DNA from: Octopus vulgaris
Taxonomy: Eukaryota
Direction: 5' to 3'
NCBI GenBank assembly: GCA_951406725.2
Contig: OX597818.1
Location: 54,436,001-54,500,000 of the forward strand
Length of the DNA: 64,000 bases
Positions 13,866-27,739 of this stretch are shown one piece after another. The notes beneath the pieces are model-generated. The model was not told the DNA's origin, did no database searches, and saw nothing but the letters and a program-made list of their open reading frames with translations. A program made the translations under genes and the position numbers. Position 1 is the stretch's first letter. Each line of letters opens with the position of its first letter.

Positions 13866-14733
13866 TTACTTGTAAAAGTGTAGTTCTTTTGTTAACATGC
13901 TCACTATGGAAGGAACTTGTTTCATTTTATTCATAGACGAATGGCTGGCATTAGACTCATATTCACAGGCAACCCTACGATTTACTGAAAGCATTAATTG
14001 TTGCAGTTCAAGTCGGTCTCCGTCCTTTTCCAAAATGTGGGCTAACCACTGAATAAACCACGATCCATTAGTGGAATTCCTCCAGGAGTAAAATCCAGGG
14101 ACAGTGGAATAAGCCAGAAGAACGTCGGCCCAAAGTGGTACTTTGAGAGGTGTGACATTTTGATATTCGTCTCTAAAAGCTTGAGCATCGTGCATAATTA
14201 CACCTCTGTCCAGTTTCGTTCCCCGACAGGCTTGTATGAAATATAGTTTTGGCTTACCTATTAAACCTGGGCATCTATCAGGAAGCAACATCTGCACTAA
14301 CTCGTTAAGATTTAGTTTGCCATCAGTGCCATAAATCTGGTTATCGTCTTCACCGTGAGTTAATATAACACAAACGAAGCAATTATACTTCGCATGCTCC
14401 CTCTTGGATATTTCCGTGAAGATTTGCCTCATATCACTCACTGACTAATTCTTGCGGTTCGATCACCTCAAAATGCAATGACTTCAAAGTTTTTTTAATT
14501 GCTGATGCATCTCTGTCGGATCCTTGTCGTTTAGACATTTTAGTCGATTCGTCGAAACTTTCATTGTTGATTATTAAAGCCAGGTTTTCTTTTTTACGAT
14601 CCATGTCATATCTGGTATTTACAGATTCGCTATTTTTTGCAACAGACTCCATTTCAACATCTTGAGGTTGTGAATCGGGATCTCTCTCTTTAAAAAATAT
14701 ACCTTCAACACTTTGTGCATCTACGTAGTCCAT
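13866..14733 (-). pseudogene. Effector caspase copy B, intronless, frameshifted; palindromic partner of copy C
   Basis: ORFs 14434-14733 and 13866-14441 are colinear with copy C. There is a +1 nt insertion at ~14456-14459 and an in-frame TAG at 14445-14447. THG, QACRG and YSWR are intact. Confidence 0.92.
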
Positions 14734-15409
14734 GGTTGAGCGGAATATCTATAAAGCAGCCGAAATGTAGCAGTACAACTTTAAGCCGTGAAATATTGTT
14801 GCAAAATTTGAGGAACGGAAAATAACGATATATTACCTCGGTTTTTCCCTTTGTTCAGCTCAGAAATAGCGGTTAAAATGATCCTGATGGTGCGGATAAC
14901 ACATGCGATTATTCAAAAAAGTATTAATTAATATAAGATAAGAATTTGTAGGATAAAAGATGTAGCTTGATGAACGTACTCCTGGGTTTAATCAATATTT
15001 AAATGCTGAGATCAGTTGATAATTAAGCAAATGTCCACATAGAACTTGATAATTAAAAAGACAGTCCGCTGAGCGTCAATTTCACTGACGATGGGCGTGA
15101 TTCTACAATAGTCACTCAACGCAAGACTACTTCTGCGTCTTATTTATTTTCTATGCTATATATATGATATTATCTGTGTTATATGTTATGCTTCAATAAT
15201 CATGGTTACGTATGAACCAATGAGAGATGACAAGGAAGTTTTCTATGCAATTTCCAAGAAAGAAATAACACAAATATTTTCTGAGAAAACGATATAAAAT
15301 CATTGCTAGGTTTTTGTCCAGTCATATAACGAAACTGAACACACACACATACACACACTCATACTTATCTCTTTATATAGATATGTACATATATAACATA
15401 CACACACAT

Positions 15410-15452
<43 letters not shown>

Positions 15453-15775
15453 TACATATCTCAAGCGTTGCTCATTGCAATTCGTGTAGGCCTAACGACC
15501 CTTAATGTCTGTCTCCATCGTTTGTCTACTCTGCACGTCCACTCTGTATTCGTTCGTTCGTTCGTTCGAAGCTCTGACTCTCCACAAATTTCAGGATGCT
15601 GCTTATGTTTTATGAAGGTTTCCTACGTTATCGTTAAAAGCATGAAACAGGAGTAATAAACAGACCGACAACAGATGTGGAGTTATCTTCTTTTGCTATT
15701 TTGTATTTTTCTCTCGTATGTTTACGTATTTTTCACTCGATGGTGATGCCCTGTACACAATGTGTATCTTTCATT

Positions 15776-15847
<72 letters not shown>

Positions 15848-16013
15848 ATATGTAGAAAAATACAAACTGGGACAAAAACGTAAAACATTTAGAAGACGAT
15901 ACAAAAAACACGGTCGGGACATCTATAGAGAAATAAATATTTGCACATGCAAAATTTCAGCTAGATCAACCAACTGCAAGTGGGTCAGGGGCATTACGTA
16001 ATGAACGTCCGCC

Positions 16014-16055
<42 letters not shown>

Positions 16056-16185
16056 CAAATAGAGAAGCACAATAGTTGGTTCATCAACTTTAGGACTTTA
16101 AAATGTTAATTGTTTATTAAAATGATAATTATAGTAACATATATATAGCATATTATTCTATGCATATAAAATAGGAATACAAGCA

Positions 16186-16268
<83 letters not shown>

Positions 16269-16391
16269 CGCGCGTGTGTGTGTGTATGTGTGTATTTTAT
16301 ATGTATATAATTGAATAAGTCAGCAAGAAGGAGTACATACAGTTGGATATTTATTTACAATCCCTACAATTGTTTCTAATAATTGTTTATG

Positions 16392-16431
<40 letters not shown>

Positions 16432-16559
16432 TATAATTAAGGGCTAAACAAGGTTATTCTAAAGCCAATACACTGATTTATCCACTTATAATCCACTTGT
16501 TACAGGAAAATTGAACTGAAAACGGGCAACTAACCTTTAGAAAATTTAAATTTCGTTAT

Positions 16560-16619
16560 CTCTGTATTGAATCAATTTCGGAATTAATCTTATAAAGGAT
16601 ACATTCTTCGTCAGTAGAG
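16560..16619 (-). ncRNA. Hammerhead motif, partly decayed
   Basis: Minus strand reads ctcta-CTGACGA-agaat...attcc-GAAA-ttgattcaa-TA-cagag, with A.C mismatches at the first pair of stems I and II. Confidence 0.62.
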
Positions 16620-17394
16620 CTTACGAGGGAATATAAATAGAATACTCACATGCGATTATGGAAAAAGCAGAAGCTAAAAACATAACTACATTTAAGTACG
16701 TCATTTATATCTAAAAATAAAAATTCCTTGGTCAGCCTCAGAACAACGTCTTGACCTTTCACCGCTACATATTGTAATGGTTATCGGTCCCCTTGTAACA
16801 AGCAGTGAGTTTACTACTAACAATATAGGATGAAGTCCCTTTCTCTACAGAAAAGGAATCTATCAGATACATATATATATATATATATAATGGAGAAAAT
16901 GTACAAAATGTTTAAGCGGATGATGTGTAAAGCACCGTTACATTTTCGATTTCCTTTTGTTATACATAGATATGCTGCAGGGACTTCGTCGTGGCAGTTG
17001 GGGTAATAGCATTGATAAAATAGGAGAGGGAATGTGTAAATAGACTTTATTGGGTACAACACATGTTTCGACACTTTATGGGTCTCTTCGGGTGCATCAA
17101 TAAAATGTCTCATTAGAGATTTCTTCAGTCGGCTTACGTATCGCTATATATCCAAATTCGAGAATGAGTAAAACCAGAGAAAAATTATTGAAACGCAAAA
17201 AATTCAAATATGAACTTGGGAAGTATACGTTCTAGTTTAGAGAAAATGACGTAATCTGCTATCAGTGTTGTAACTGTTAAGAGAAAGTAAAGGAAGTAGT
17301 GAGACTTTTGATAGACGTACCTGAAGAGACCCTGAACGGGTCGAAACGTATTGTACCCAATAATGCCTATTACACATTCCATATATTTTATTAA

Positions 17395-17430
<36 letters not shown>

Positions 17431-17601
17431 GCATATATATGAAATGGTGTACATTAAAATCTTCATCACCCTGATGTTATTAATATATATACATATATGT
17501 ATATATGTGTGTATATATATCTATGTATGTATAACTATGTATGTAGGTTTGTATATAGGTATGAGCGTAAGTATGTATGTGTGTGTGTTTGTATGAGTTT
17601 C

Positions 17602-17651
<50 letters not shown>

Positions 17652-18189
17652 CGTGCGTGTGTGTGTATTCGTGTTCAAATGTACATCTGCGAGGCTAGAC
17701 GCATTGAACAAAAAGCTCGCAATATAATATGTCGTTTTGTAAGAAATATCTTTTTGTTATTTCTTCCTTGTAAATTACAAAGAAAATTTTTCTGTCATCG
17801 GCGTCGTCCTAATTGTAGTTCATTTTTCATTGGTTCATTTTTAACCAGTAATTTTGAAGCATAACATCTTTTACAAGTAAGATGATAACGTTCACACAAT
17901 ATATAAAATAAATATGACGCGGAAGTTGCCGTGTGCTGAATGACTTTTGTAGAATCACGTCCATAGTCAGTGAAATTGACAGCGGAGTGTCCTTATTATT
18001 ATCAAGTTGTATGGGTACATTTTGTGAAAGTATCAACTTATATCAGTCCCCCAGAACATCACTTGGTTCTGGAGGTGGTCCTTACGTCCTGCAGTAATTT
18101 TGGGACCTGTACTTTTGTGATCCTTTCTAAAAATTCAGGGAACAATCCGATGGTGCCCATCTGGAAGTTATAATTTTCTTCCGGGTTTT

Positions 18190-18460
18190 GTTTGAGGTGG
18201 CGCAGGAACTGGTTGACTTCGGTCCGGGTCTCAAATTCGTCACAGTGGCGCGTGAGAGGCATGAAGTGGAGTCCCTTACTGAGGAGAGAGCGCTCGACAG
18301 CGGAGAGGGGGAGATTGGGGGGTATATTGACAACAGTGCCAGGAAGCAAGGTGGTGGGATGAGTGGGGTCAGGAAGAAGGGGTGCAGAGGTGTGGGGAGG
18401 AGAGTTGGAATAGTTGGGTGAAGATGGGGTAGGCGTAGGAAGGTCAGTGTGGGGTGTGTA
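18190..18460 (-). mobile_element. Penelope-like 5' fragment (mirror of 39000-39266)
   Basis: VVNIPPNLPLSAVERSLLSKGLHF matches the 39107 ORF; fused to a Tc1 fragment at ~18190. Confidence 0.85.
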
Positions 18461-21164
18461 AATTTACAACATAAAATGTACGAAAAACTACACTTGCAAA
18501 ACAATGTGACAACAGAAATGAACGGACCGGTACCCTACGAAAATGACGACCGTCAAAATAATGGGCCGGGCGTTGTTCCTCATGTCCCGCAAATAAAACC
18601 CAAAAGACATAAATGGACACGTGAGGAATACATTTCTATCCTACACGCTTACTTTACAGCAGTGCTCTACCCAAAGAATGAAAATACAACAACACATACA
18701 TACAAAATATAGAAGAAAAATAACATAAATAAAGACCTGAATACAACAATGAACCCTAATAAACTAGCAAATATACGGAGATATATTCTCAACGCAAAAA
18801 AATATCAGAAATAGAAATAGAACATTTAAAAGAAAAATTACATCAGGAAAATGTAGATAGAAGCCACACAACAATGCCAAATAATATAAACATTGAAACA
18901 GTAAAACACGAAGACAAACGTAACATTTCCAACAAAAACGATGTAAACAACAAAAAAAACCAAAACAAACCCAGACCGTAAGGATACATAATAATACACG
19001 ACAAACAGCAAGCCAAAACACAACAAACAAACATACGGATGAGATAGAAAGCGACACAAATCTAAAACCTGGAAACAACAAAGGGGAGCCTAATGATTAT
19101 GAAACTATAAAAAGTAGAATAATCAAAGAACTGAAAACCACAGAGCTCAAAATGGACCACCGACCATACCTCCCAAAAATTAAAATAGACAAAACAACAA
19201 CATCAATTATAAACAACATATACCTAGCCGTCACGGAACTAATAGCCACTGAACCAAAAAGCGATATCACTGAGCTAAATGACTTAGTATATGCAGTAGC
19301 CACTGCAGCCACAAAAGAACCTGGATACTCACTCAAACCCATCCAAACAGGAGTACCACCACCCAAACAAACCCTGTGGATAAATAACATCCAAACCAAA
19401 ATACAAAAAATGAGAAAAGATCTGTTGATTCTTAATGAAATCAGTAGACAATCAACGCTACTGAGCAACAAAAAGAAAACAAAAATACTCCGAAAATACA
19501 ACACCACAGAAAAAGATTCACCCGAGATAAAAGAAAAGCTGAAGCAAGATATCCTTGCCAAAGCACAAAGGATCCGCCGGTACGAGAAACGCCAACGTTT
19601 CTTTGAACAAAACAAACAGTTCAACTCCAACCCCCAAAAGTTCTACCAAGAACTTGGCAAAAATAAAATAGAAATCACTGCAGCACCAACGGCAGAATTA
19701 GTGGAAGAATTCTGGAGAGAAATATGGTCGGCGAACGAACAACGAAAAAAAAGGAGTATTAAAACAACAAACTCAGCATCTGAGCAACTCTGGACCCCCA
19801 TAACAACTGAAGAGGTCACCCAGGCACTGCAAAGACTAAGCAACTGGAAGGCACCTGGGCATGACAAGATCCCCAACTTCTGTTTGAAATATCTAACAGG
19901 AATGCACAAAAAGCTGGCTGAAAACTTTAACAACATTCTGACAGAGCCAGAGACAATGCCTGAATGGCTCACGAAGGGGAAAACCATCTTAATTCCCAAA
20001 TCAAACGAGACAGCAAAACCAGAAAACTACAGACCAATAACCTGTCTCCCTACAACGTATAAAGCATTTACTGCTGTAATATCGCAAAGATTGAACAAGC
20101 ACCTGGACGAAAACAACCTGTTCCCAGAAGAGCAGAAAGGATGCCGCAAAGGCTCATATGGCTGTAAAGATCAACTAATGATCAATAAAGCCATAACTGA
20201 AGACAGCCACAGAAGGTAGAAAGGCCTCAGTATGGCCTGGATCGACTACAAAAAGGCGTTTGATAGCATCCCCCACACATGGATCCTCGAAACACTAGCC
20301 ATGAATAAAGTTGCACCAACAATTATAAAGTACATAGGACACTCTATGAATAAATGGTAAACAGTGCTACAGCTCCAAACAAAAGAGGGACTTGTGAAAA
20401 CCAAAACCATCCCCATTAGAAGAGGAATATTCCAGGGAGATACGCTCTCTCCACTCCTTTTCTGCTTGGCACTGTCACCTCTATCGGATATGCTAAACAG
20501 AACTGGATGCGGATATAAATGTTACGGCAAAAAGATCAGCCGTCTTTTGTATATGGATGACCTAAAACTTTATGCTACAAATGACAAACAGCTGGAAACA
20601 CTACTAAAGACAGTTCATGGATTTACCAAAGAAATAGATATGAAATTTGGATTAGAGAAATGCGCCAAAGTAACCCTGAAAAGAGGAAAACTAATTAAGA
20701 GTAGCAACATCACACTAGATAAAACCAATGAAATAAAAGAATTAGACCAAAGCCAAACTTACAAATACTTAGGAATCCATGAACTAGATAAGACACAACA
20801 CACACAAATGAAAGAGAAAATAAAAAGAATATTATAGACGAGTTAGATCAATACTAAAAACAGAGCTCAATGCTAAGAACAAGATAATAGGTATTAACAC
20901 TTTAGCGGTCCCACTTATAAGTTACAGCTACAATATCCTTAACTGGACACTAAATGAACTGACCTAAATAGATAGGAAAACAAGAGAAATAATGACATGA
21001 TCTAGGATGCATCACCCAAAATCTACTAGGCACTGCACACATCCTACGCAGAACACTTTCCATACAATAACCGTCAGAGCATCACAACAAATCACAGCAC
21101 ATACCCAAGGCACACAGAGCTGCCCTCGGTAGTGAATTGAAGGCACGATATAAAAAATATACTA

Positions 21165-21167
<3 letters not shown>
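18460..21167 (+). mobile_element. R4/Dong-clade non-LTR retrotransposon, degenerate, C-terminal deletion
   Basis: N-terminal KRHKWTREE motif. RT motifs KAPGHDKI, YRPITCL, EEQKGC, DYKKAFDS, GIFQGD and YMDDLKL. The junction HHPKS|LGTAHILRR removes the ZnF/endonuclease region. The 3' end runs into (TAA)n. Confidence 0.9.
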
Positions 21168-21189
<22 letters not shown>

Positions 21190-21195
<6 letters not shown>

Positions 21196-24050
21196 TAAAA
21201 ATTAAATAATACGGCGATTATCTAACAAAGGGATTGGAATTTTTGTGATATAATTATTAAATAACTAGTAGATATAATTAGTATAATAAAAGGAAAGTGG
21301 TATATTTATTACTAAAAATGTAGAAAATAAAAGATTGTAAAAGCAGAGAGAAAATAATACTAACAAACAGAAACTAAATACAAGTACTGAGAGAGAAAGT
21401 ATATGAAATACAGGGATTGATAAGAACGAGAAATACTAACAATATTAAATTTAGTGGATGGAAATTCATGCAAAAAACCAAGTCTAGAAATAATGCAAGG
21501 GAGAGAACAATCGATAAATTATTATTATTATCTCCCTTCATCTGTGCATTGATTTTGAAAACTCTTGTAGCATCTCAAAATGCAGATCACCACCACTTTG
21601 CAGTTTACTTTTAAGTAAATATTTAAGAAATTCATAAAAAGTATGGAGTACAATGAGAATAATATTAGTATAAATAAAGAAGACAGTTGTCTCATAGGAA
21701 AAGAAAGATTTATTAAGATATTAGGCGCAGGAGTGGCTGTGTGGTAAGTAGCTTGCTAACCAACCACATGGTTCCGGGTTCAGTCCCACTGCGTGGCATC
21801 TTGGGCAAGTGTCTTCTGCTATAGCCCCGGGCCGACCAATGCCTTGTGAGTGGATTTGGTAGACGGAAACTGAAAGAAGCCTGTCGTATATATGTATATA
21901 TATATATGTGTTTCTTTGTGTGTCTGTATTTGTTCCCCTAGCATTGCTTGACAACCGATGCTGGTGTGTTTACGTCCCCGTCACTTAGCGGTTCGGCAAA
22001 AAAGAGACCGATAGAATAAGTACTGGGCTTACAAAGAATAAGTCCCGGGGTCGAGTTGCTCGATTAAAGGCGGTGCTCCAGCATGGCCAGAGTCAAATGA
22101 CTGAAACAAGTAAAAGAGAAAAGAGAAAGAGATATTAGGAAATAATTATTACATAATTTTGGTATAAGAAAAGGAAGATCATATATTTATCCTTTATAGA
22201 GACAGAGTTTCCGAAATATAAAGCTGGATATCCTGGGAGGGAGCCACTCAATTAGAGCGAGCCCAATACGCAACTGATACTTAATATATCACTCCAGAAA
22301 GGATGAAAGGCAAAGTCGACCTCGGCGCAGTTTGAACTTGGAACGTAGCGGCAGACAAAATACCTATTTCTTTACTACCCACAAGGGGCTAAACACAGAG
22401 GGGACAAACAAGGACAGACACACGGATTAAGTCGATTACATCGACCCCAGTGCGTAACTGGTACTTATTTAATCGACCCCAATTGGATGGAAGGCACAGT
22501 CGACCTCGGCGGAATTTGAACTCAGAACGTAACGGCAGACGAAATACGGCGTGCTAACGATTCTGCCAGCTCGCCGCCTTAATAGGGCTGGATATCAACA
22601 ATAAAAATATGAACAACATTAAAAAACAAAAAAAAAAAGGTGGTGCTCCAGCATGGCCGCAGTCAAATGACTGAAACAAGTAAAAGAGAATGTAAAAGAG
22701 AATAGGTTCAAATATATAAGTAAATAGAGAAAAGATAGTAATATAGGATAAGATTAGTATAATTCAGTATTGTAGAATGGGATAGATTAAAGTATATGCC
22801 GTAAATAATCGGAAAAAAAATATTGATATGCAATCATTAAAATATTGTTTAAAATACATAATTATAGTTATAATACAGGTAGATACGCTAAAAATTACTT
22901 TTATACCTAAATATCTTATAAACATTGTTAGTATTTCAATATGTTCAAAGTATGAATTGTTTTATTGAAGATGATGCAATTGACAATAAAAATAGTTAAA
23001 TATTATTACATGGAGTATAAATGATTATTATTAGTGAAGAAGGGAAATAACAATAAAGCTATCATTTGTATTTATGCAGACATGAAAATCACTCATTTAT
23101 GAATAAATGAATTTATTCATAAATTTATTTATTTATTTATAGATAACATAAAATAATATATATATTATAAAATAAATTACGCGTATATGTTTTAATTTAT
23201 GAAACAATCTATTGTGATATTTGAATTTTTCTATGGTTAAGTAAATTTCTCCATACTAATTTTCTCGTCATTTATAAATTCACACACATACTCACACACA
23301 CACAAACACACACACGCACGAACGAACGCAGACACATACACACACACACGCATGCATACTGATGCACTAATATATCTGCATATGTGTACATTTGCATTCT
23401 CGTATTTTGAACGATGTACATAGATGCCATACTTGGGTATGTGTATGTATGTATGTATGTATGTATGTATGTATGTCAGGTCACTTTCGAGTGCTACTGG
23501 TAACATGTATTTACTTATATATTTGAACCTATAATCATTAATTTCAAGTTGTTCATATTCTTCTTGATGATATCCAGCTGATATCCAGCGCTATATTTTG
23601 GAAATTCTGTCTCTATAAAGGATTACAATATGATTTTCTTTTTCTTATACCAAAATTATGTAACAATTATTTCCTAATCTATTAATAAATCCCCCTTCTC
23701 CTCTTAGAAAACCCTCTTATTAATTTATATTCATATTATTCTCATTGTACTCCATACTTTTTATGAATTTCTTAAATATTTACTTATATTTTCATGACTA
23801 AAATTTAATATATATCATATTTCTCTTGTTGGTATCCATCCCTGTATTTCGTAAACATTGTCTCTAAATACATTTATTTGGTTTCAGTTTGTTAGTATTA
23901 ACGTTTATTTTCTACAGTTTTAGTAATAAATATACCACTTTCCTTTTTTTATACTAATTATATCTACTAGTTATTTCATAATTATATCACAAAAATTCTC
24001 TTCCGTTTTTATAGATAATCGTATTATTTTATATTAATTTTATTATTATT
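21190..24050. repeat. AT-rich element with long diverged inverted repeats (foldback-like); mirror at ~33390-36380
   Basis: 21200-21720, 22135-22230 and 22588-22727 together are the reverse complement of 23505-24040; the left repeat is interrupted by SINEs. Confidence 0.75.
21724..22130 (+). mobile_element. tRNA-derived SINE (Octopus-type); mirror at 35442-35849 (-)
   Basis: A box (gtggctgtgtggtaag) and B box (ggttcagtccc), internal (TA)n, and tail ...gtcaaatgactgaaacaagtaaaagag. Confidence 0.85.
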
Positions 24051-24276
24051 ATCTTCCACAACTTCTAACGTTCTGTTTAAAGATTAACTTTGCGATTTTG
24101 GAACTTGATGTCGAGACATTAATATGTAACAAAGATTTTAAAAATTTTACCTGAGGATGTAGTTTACAATCAATCAACCATCTATCCATCCATCCATCCA
24201 CCTATCCATCTATCAATCTGTCTCTTTTAATACTTTGCATGTACCCTGTCTTCGCGTTGTTGTTTCTTTTTCTTGT

Positions 24277-24327
<51 letters not shown>

Positions 24328-24499
24328 AAATTAGGGAAAAAACCCTATTATGCAATTCAAACAACGATAGACATAAACCGAATCATAAAGAAAACATAAA
24401 ATATATTATAAAACATTTATATATATTATATATTTATATTGTGAAATTTGATTTAATACTAAATTGAATTTTTCCCTGTATGGTTGGAGTTATACTCCC

Positions 24500-25510
<1,011 letters not shown>

Positions 25511-25516
25511 TGGCAA

Positions 25517-26942
25517 AAATGGCAAACAGTGCTACAGCTCCAAACAAAAGAGGGACTCATGAAAACCAAAGCCATCCCCATTAGAAGAGGAATATTCCAG
25601 GGAGACACGCTCTCTCCACTCCTTTTCTGCTTGGCACTGTAACCTCTATCTCATATAATAATGACAGAATCTAGGATACATCACCCAAAATCTGACGTAG
25701 ATAGACTATATATACAACGTATAGAAGGTGGTAGAGGCCTTATACAGCTGGAAAACTACTATAAAATAACCACCATAGGACTGCAAAAATATCTACTTCA
25801 GAAGGAAGGAAAACTGATACAAATAGCGGCAAAACACGAGCAAAACAAAAAACTGTTCTCAGTATTTAAGGAAGCTGACAAATACAAACAAGAAATCATA
25901 CCACCTAATAAATATGAAGAAGAAGAAGAAGAAGAAGAAGAAGAAGAAGAAGAAGAAGAAGAAGAAGAAGAAGAAGAAGAAGAAGAAGAAGAAGAAGAAG
26001 AAGAAGAAGAAAAAACAAAAGCTATAAAACAAATGAAATCCAAACTGAAAATAGAACAGCAACGAACCGTGATAAAACGATGGCAAGAAAAGCCTCTTCA
26101 TGGTAAATACTGGACTAAACTAAACGCAAAAGAAATAGACAAAGAAAAATCCCAGCAATGGTTGAAAAGCTCAGGACTCAAAGCAGAGACAGAGGGATTT
26201 TTTATTGCAGCACAAGACCAAAGCCTCCCCACCAGAAATTACCAAAAACATGTAATGAAAAGAAATATAACGAGTAACTGCAGAATATGTGGAGATGGAC
26301 AAGAAACTATAAATCATATTATCTCTGGCTGCCCAGTCCTGGCTAAGAAGGAATATATTCACAGACATGACAGAGTTGGAACCTACATACATTGGAAGCT
26401 ATGCCAACATTATGGAATAACAACAGAAAAAAGATGGTATAGGCTCACACCAGAAAGGGTCACAGAAAACGAGAAAGCAACCATATTCTGTGATATAACG
26501 ATACACACAAGTAGAGAAATTAAGGCCAACAGACAAGATATAGTTGTCCGAGATCATGAAGAAAAAAAATGCTTTCTAATTGATGTATCAATACCGGCAG
26601 ATGACAATGTGTCTCTAAAAGAAATGGAGAAACTTTCAAAATACAAAGACCTGGAAATAGAGGTAACCAGAATGTGGAATCTAAAAACAGAAACAATCCC
26701 TATCATAGTAGGTGCATTAGGCATGATTAAAAAATATTCAGACAAATACATAACAAAAACACCAGGACTTACAAACACATATAACATACAGAAAATTGCA
26801 CTACTAGGCACTGCACACATCCTACGCAGAACACTTTCCATACAATAACCATCAGAGCAGCACAACAAATCACAGCACATACCCAAGGCACACAGAGCTG
26901 CGCTCGGTAGTGAAGTGAAAGCACGCTATAAAAATAAAACTA

Positions 26943-26945
<3 letters not shown>
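25517..26945 (+). mobile_element. R4/Dong-clade LINE 3' part: CCHC finger and restriction-like endonuclease
   Basis: ORF 25661-26848 has GGRGL, CRICGDGQETINHIISGC, RHD and RQD...LIDV...EKLSKY (PD-(D/E)xK-type with P->Q). Its 3' UTR matches the arm copies and ends in (TAA)n. A short RT piece lies at 25517-25650. Confidence 0.9.
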
Positions 26946-27013
<68 letters not shown>

Positions 27014-27050
27014 TAATAATATTTATAATAATAATAATAATAATAATAAT

Positions 27051-27088
<38 letters not shown>

Positions 27089-27090
<2 letters not shown>

Positions 27091-27644
27091 GCCCTGATGC
27101 AGTACCAGGCAGTGGCTCTCATGGCTTCTGATCTTAACTGATTAGAAGTGTTATCATGTACATTGTTTTGTCTTGGTATAAAAGATGGGCTACAGCAAAT
27201 ATTCTGCTCAATACCACAGATTTGCTTGTCAGTTGTTTGACCTTAACCAGTTGAGCATGTCCCTTAGTGGCTGACGATATGTGCATCTCTGATCACGAGC
27301 AGAAGTAGTGGGGGAGCATCATAGCCATGTGTTGAGAGGGATTCTTTGGGGTTTGAATAGTTCACCTCTGGAAACATGGGTGGTTCTTTCAACATCCTTA
27401 AACAACCCTTATTCAGGGACCGTTTGAGCGGGATGGGCTACTCAACCTGAAGAAAATTCTAACTGGGCCCCACCTGCAAGGTCATGTGCTGTTTATCTTG
27501 ATATGAGATCACCATGTCGCGCACATATGGTTGTGATGCATGTGCCTGGTGTACCTTTATCAGACGGGTAGTCATGATGGGTATATTGGGCTTCGTATAT
27601 TTTACCCCAGTGTCACTTTGATGGCATGAACTGCTCTCTCACTC

Positions 27645-27645
<1 letters not shown>
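27089..27645 (+). mobile_element. 5'-truncated retroposon 3' end inserted in (TAA)n, family unassigned
   Basis: ~555 bp of complex sequence with (TAA)n on both sides, ending ...ctctctcactc-aataataat; no ORF. Confidence 0.55.
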
Positions 27646-27728
<83 letters not shown>

Positions 27729-27739
27729 TATTATTATTA

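Noticed and set aside
18059-18349. 96 aa ORF that looks like a novel fusion protein
   Set aside because: Chance read-through across the deletion junction between Penelope and Tc1 remnants.
21724-21800. tRNA genes
   Set aside because: The A/B boxes belong to SINE heads and no full cloverleaf is present.
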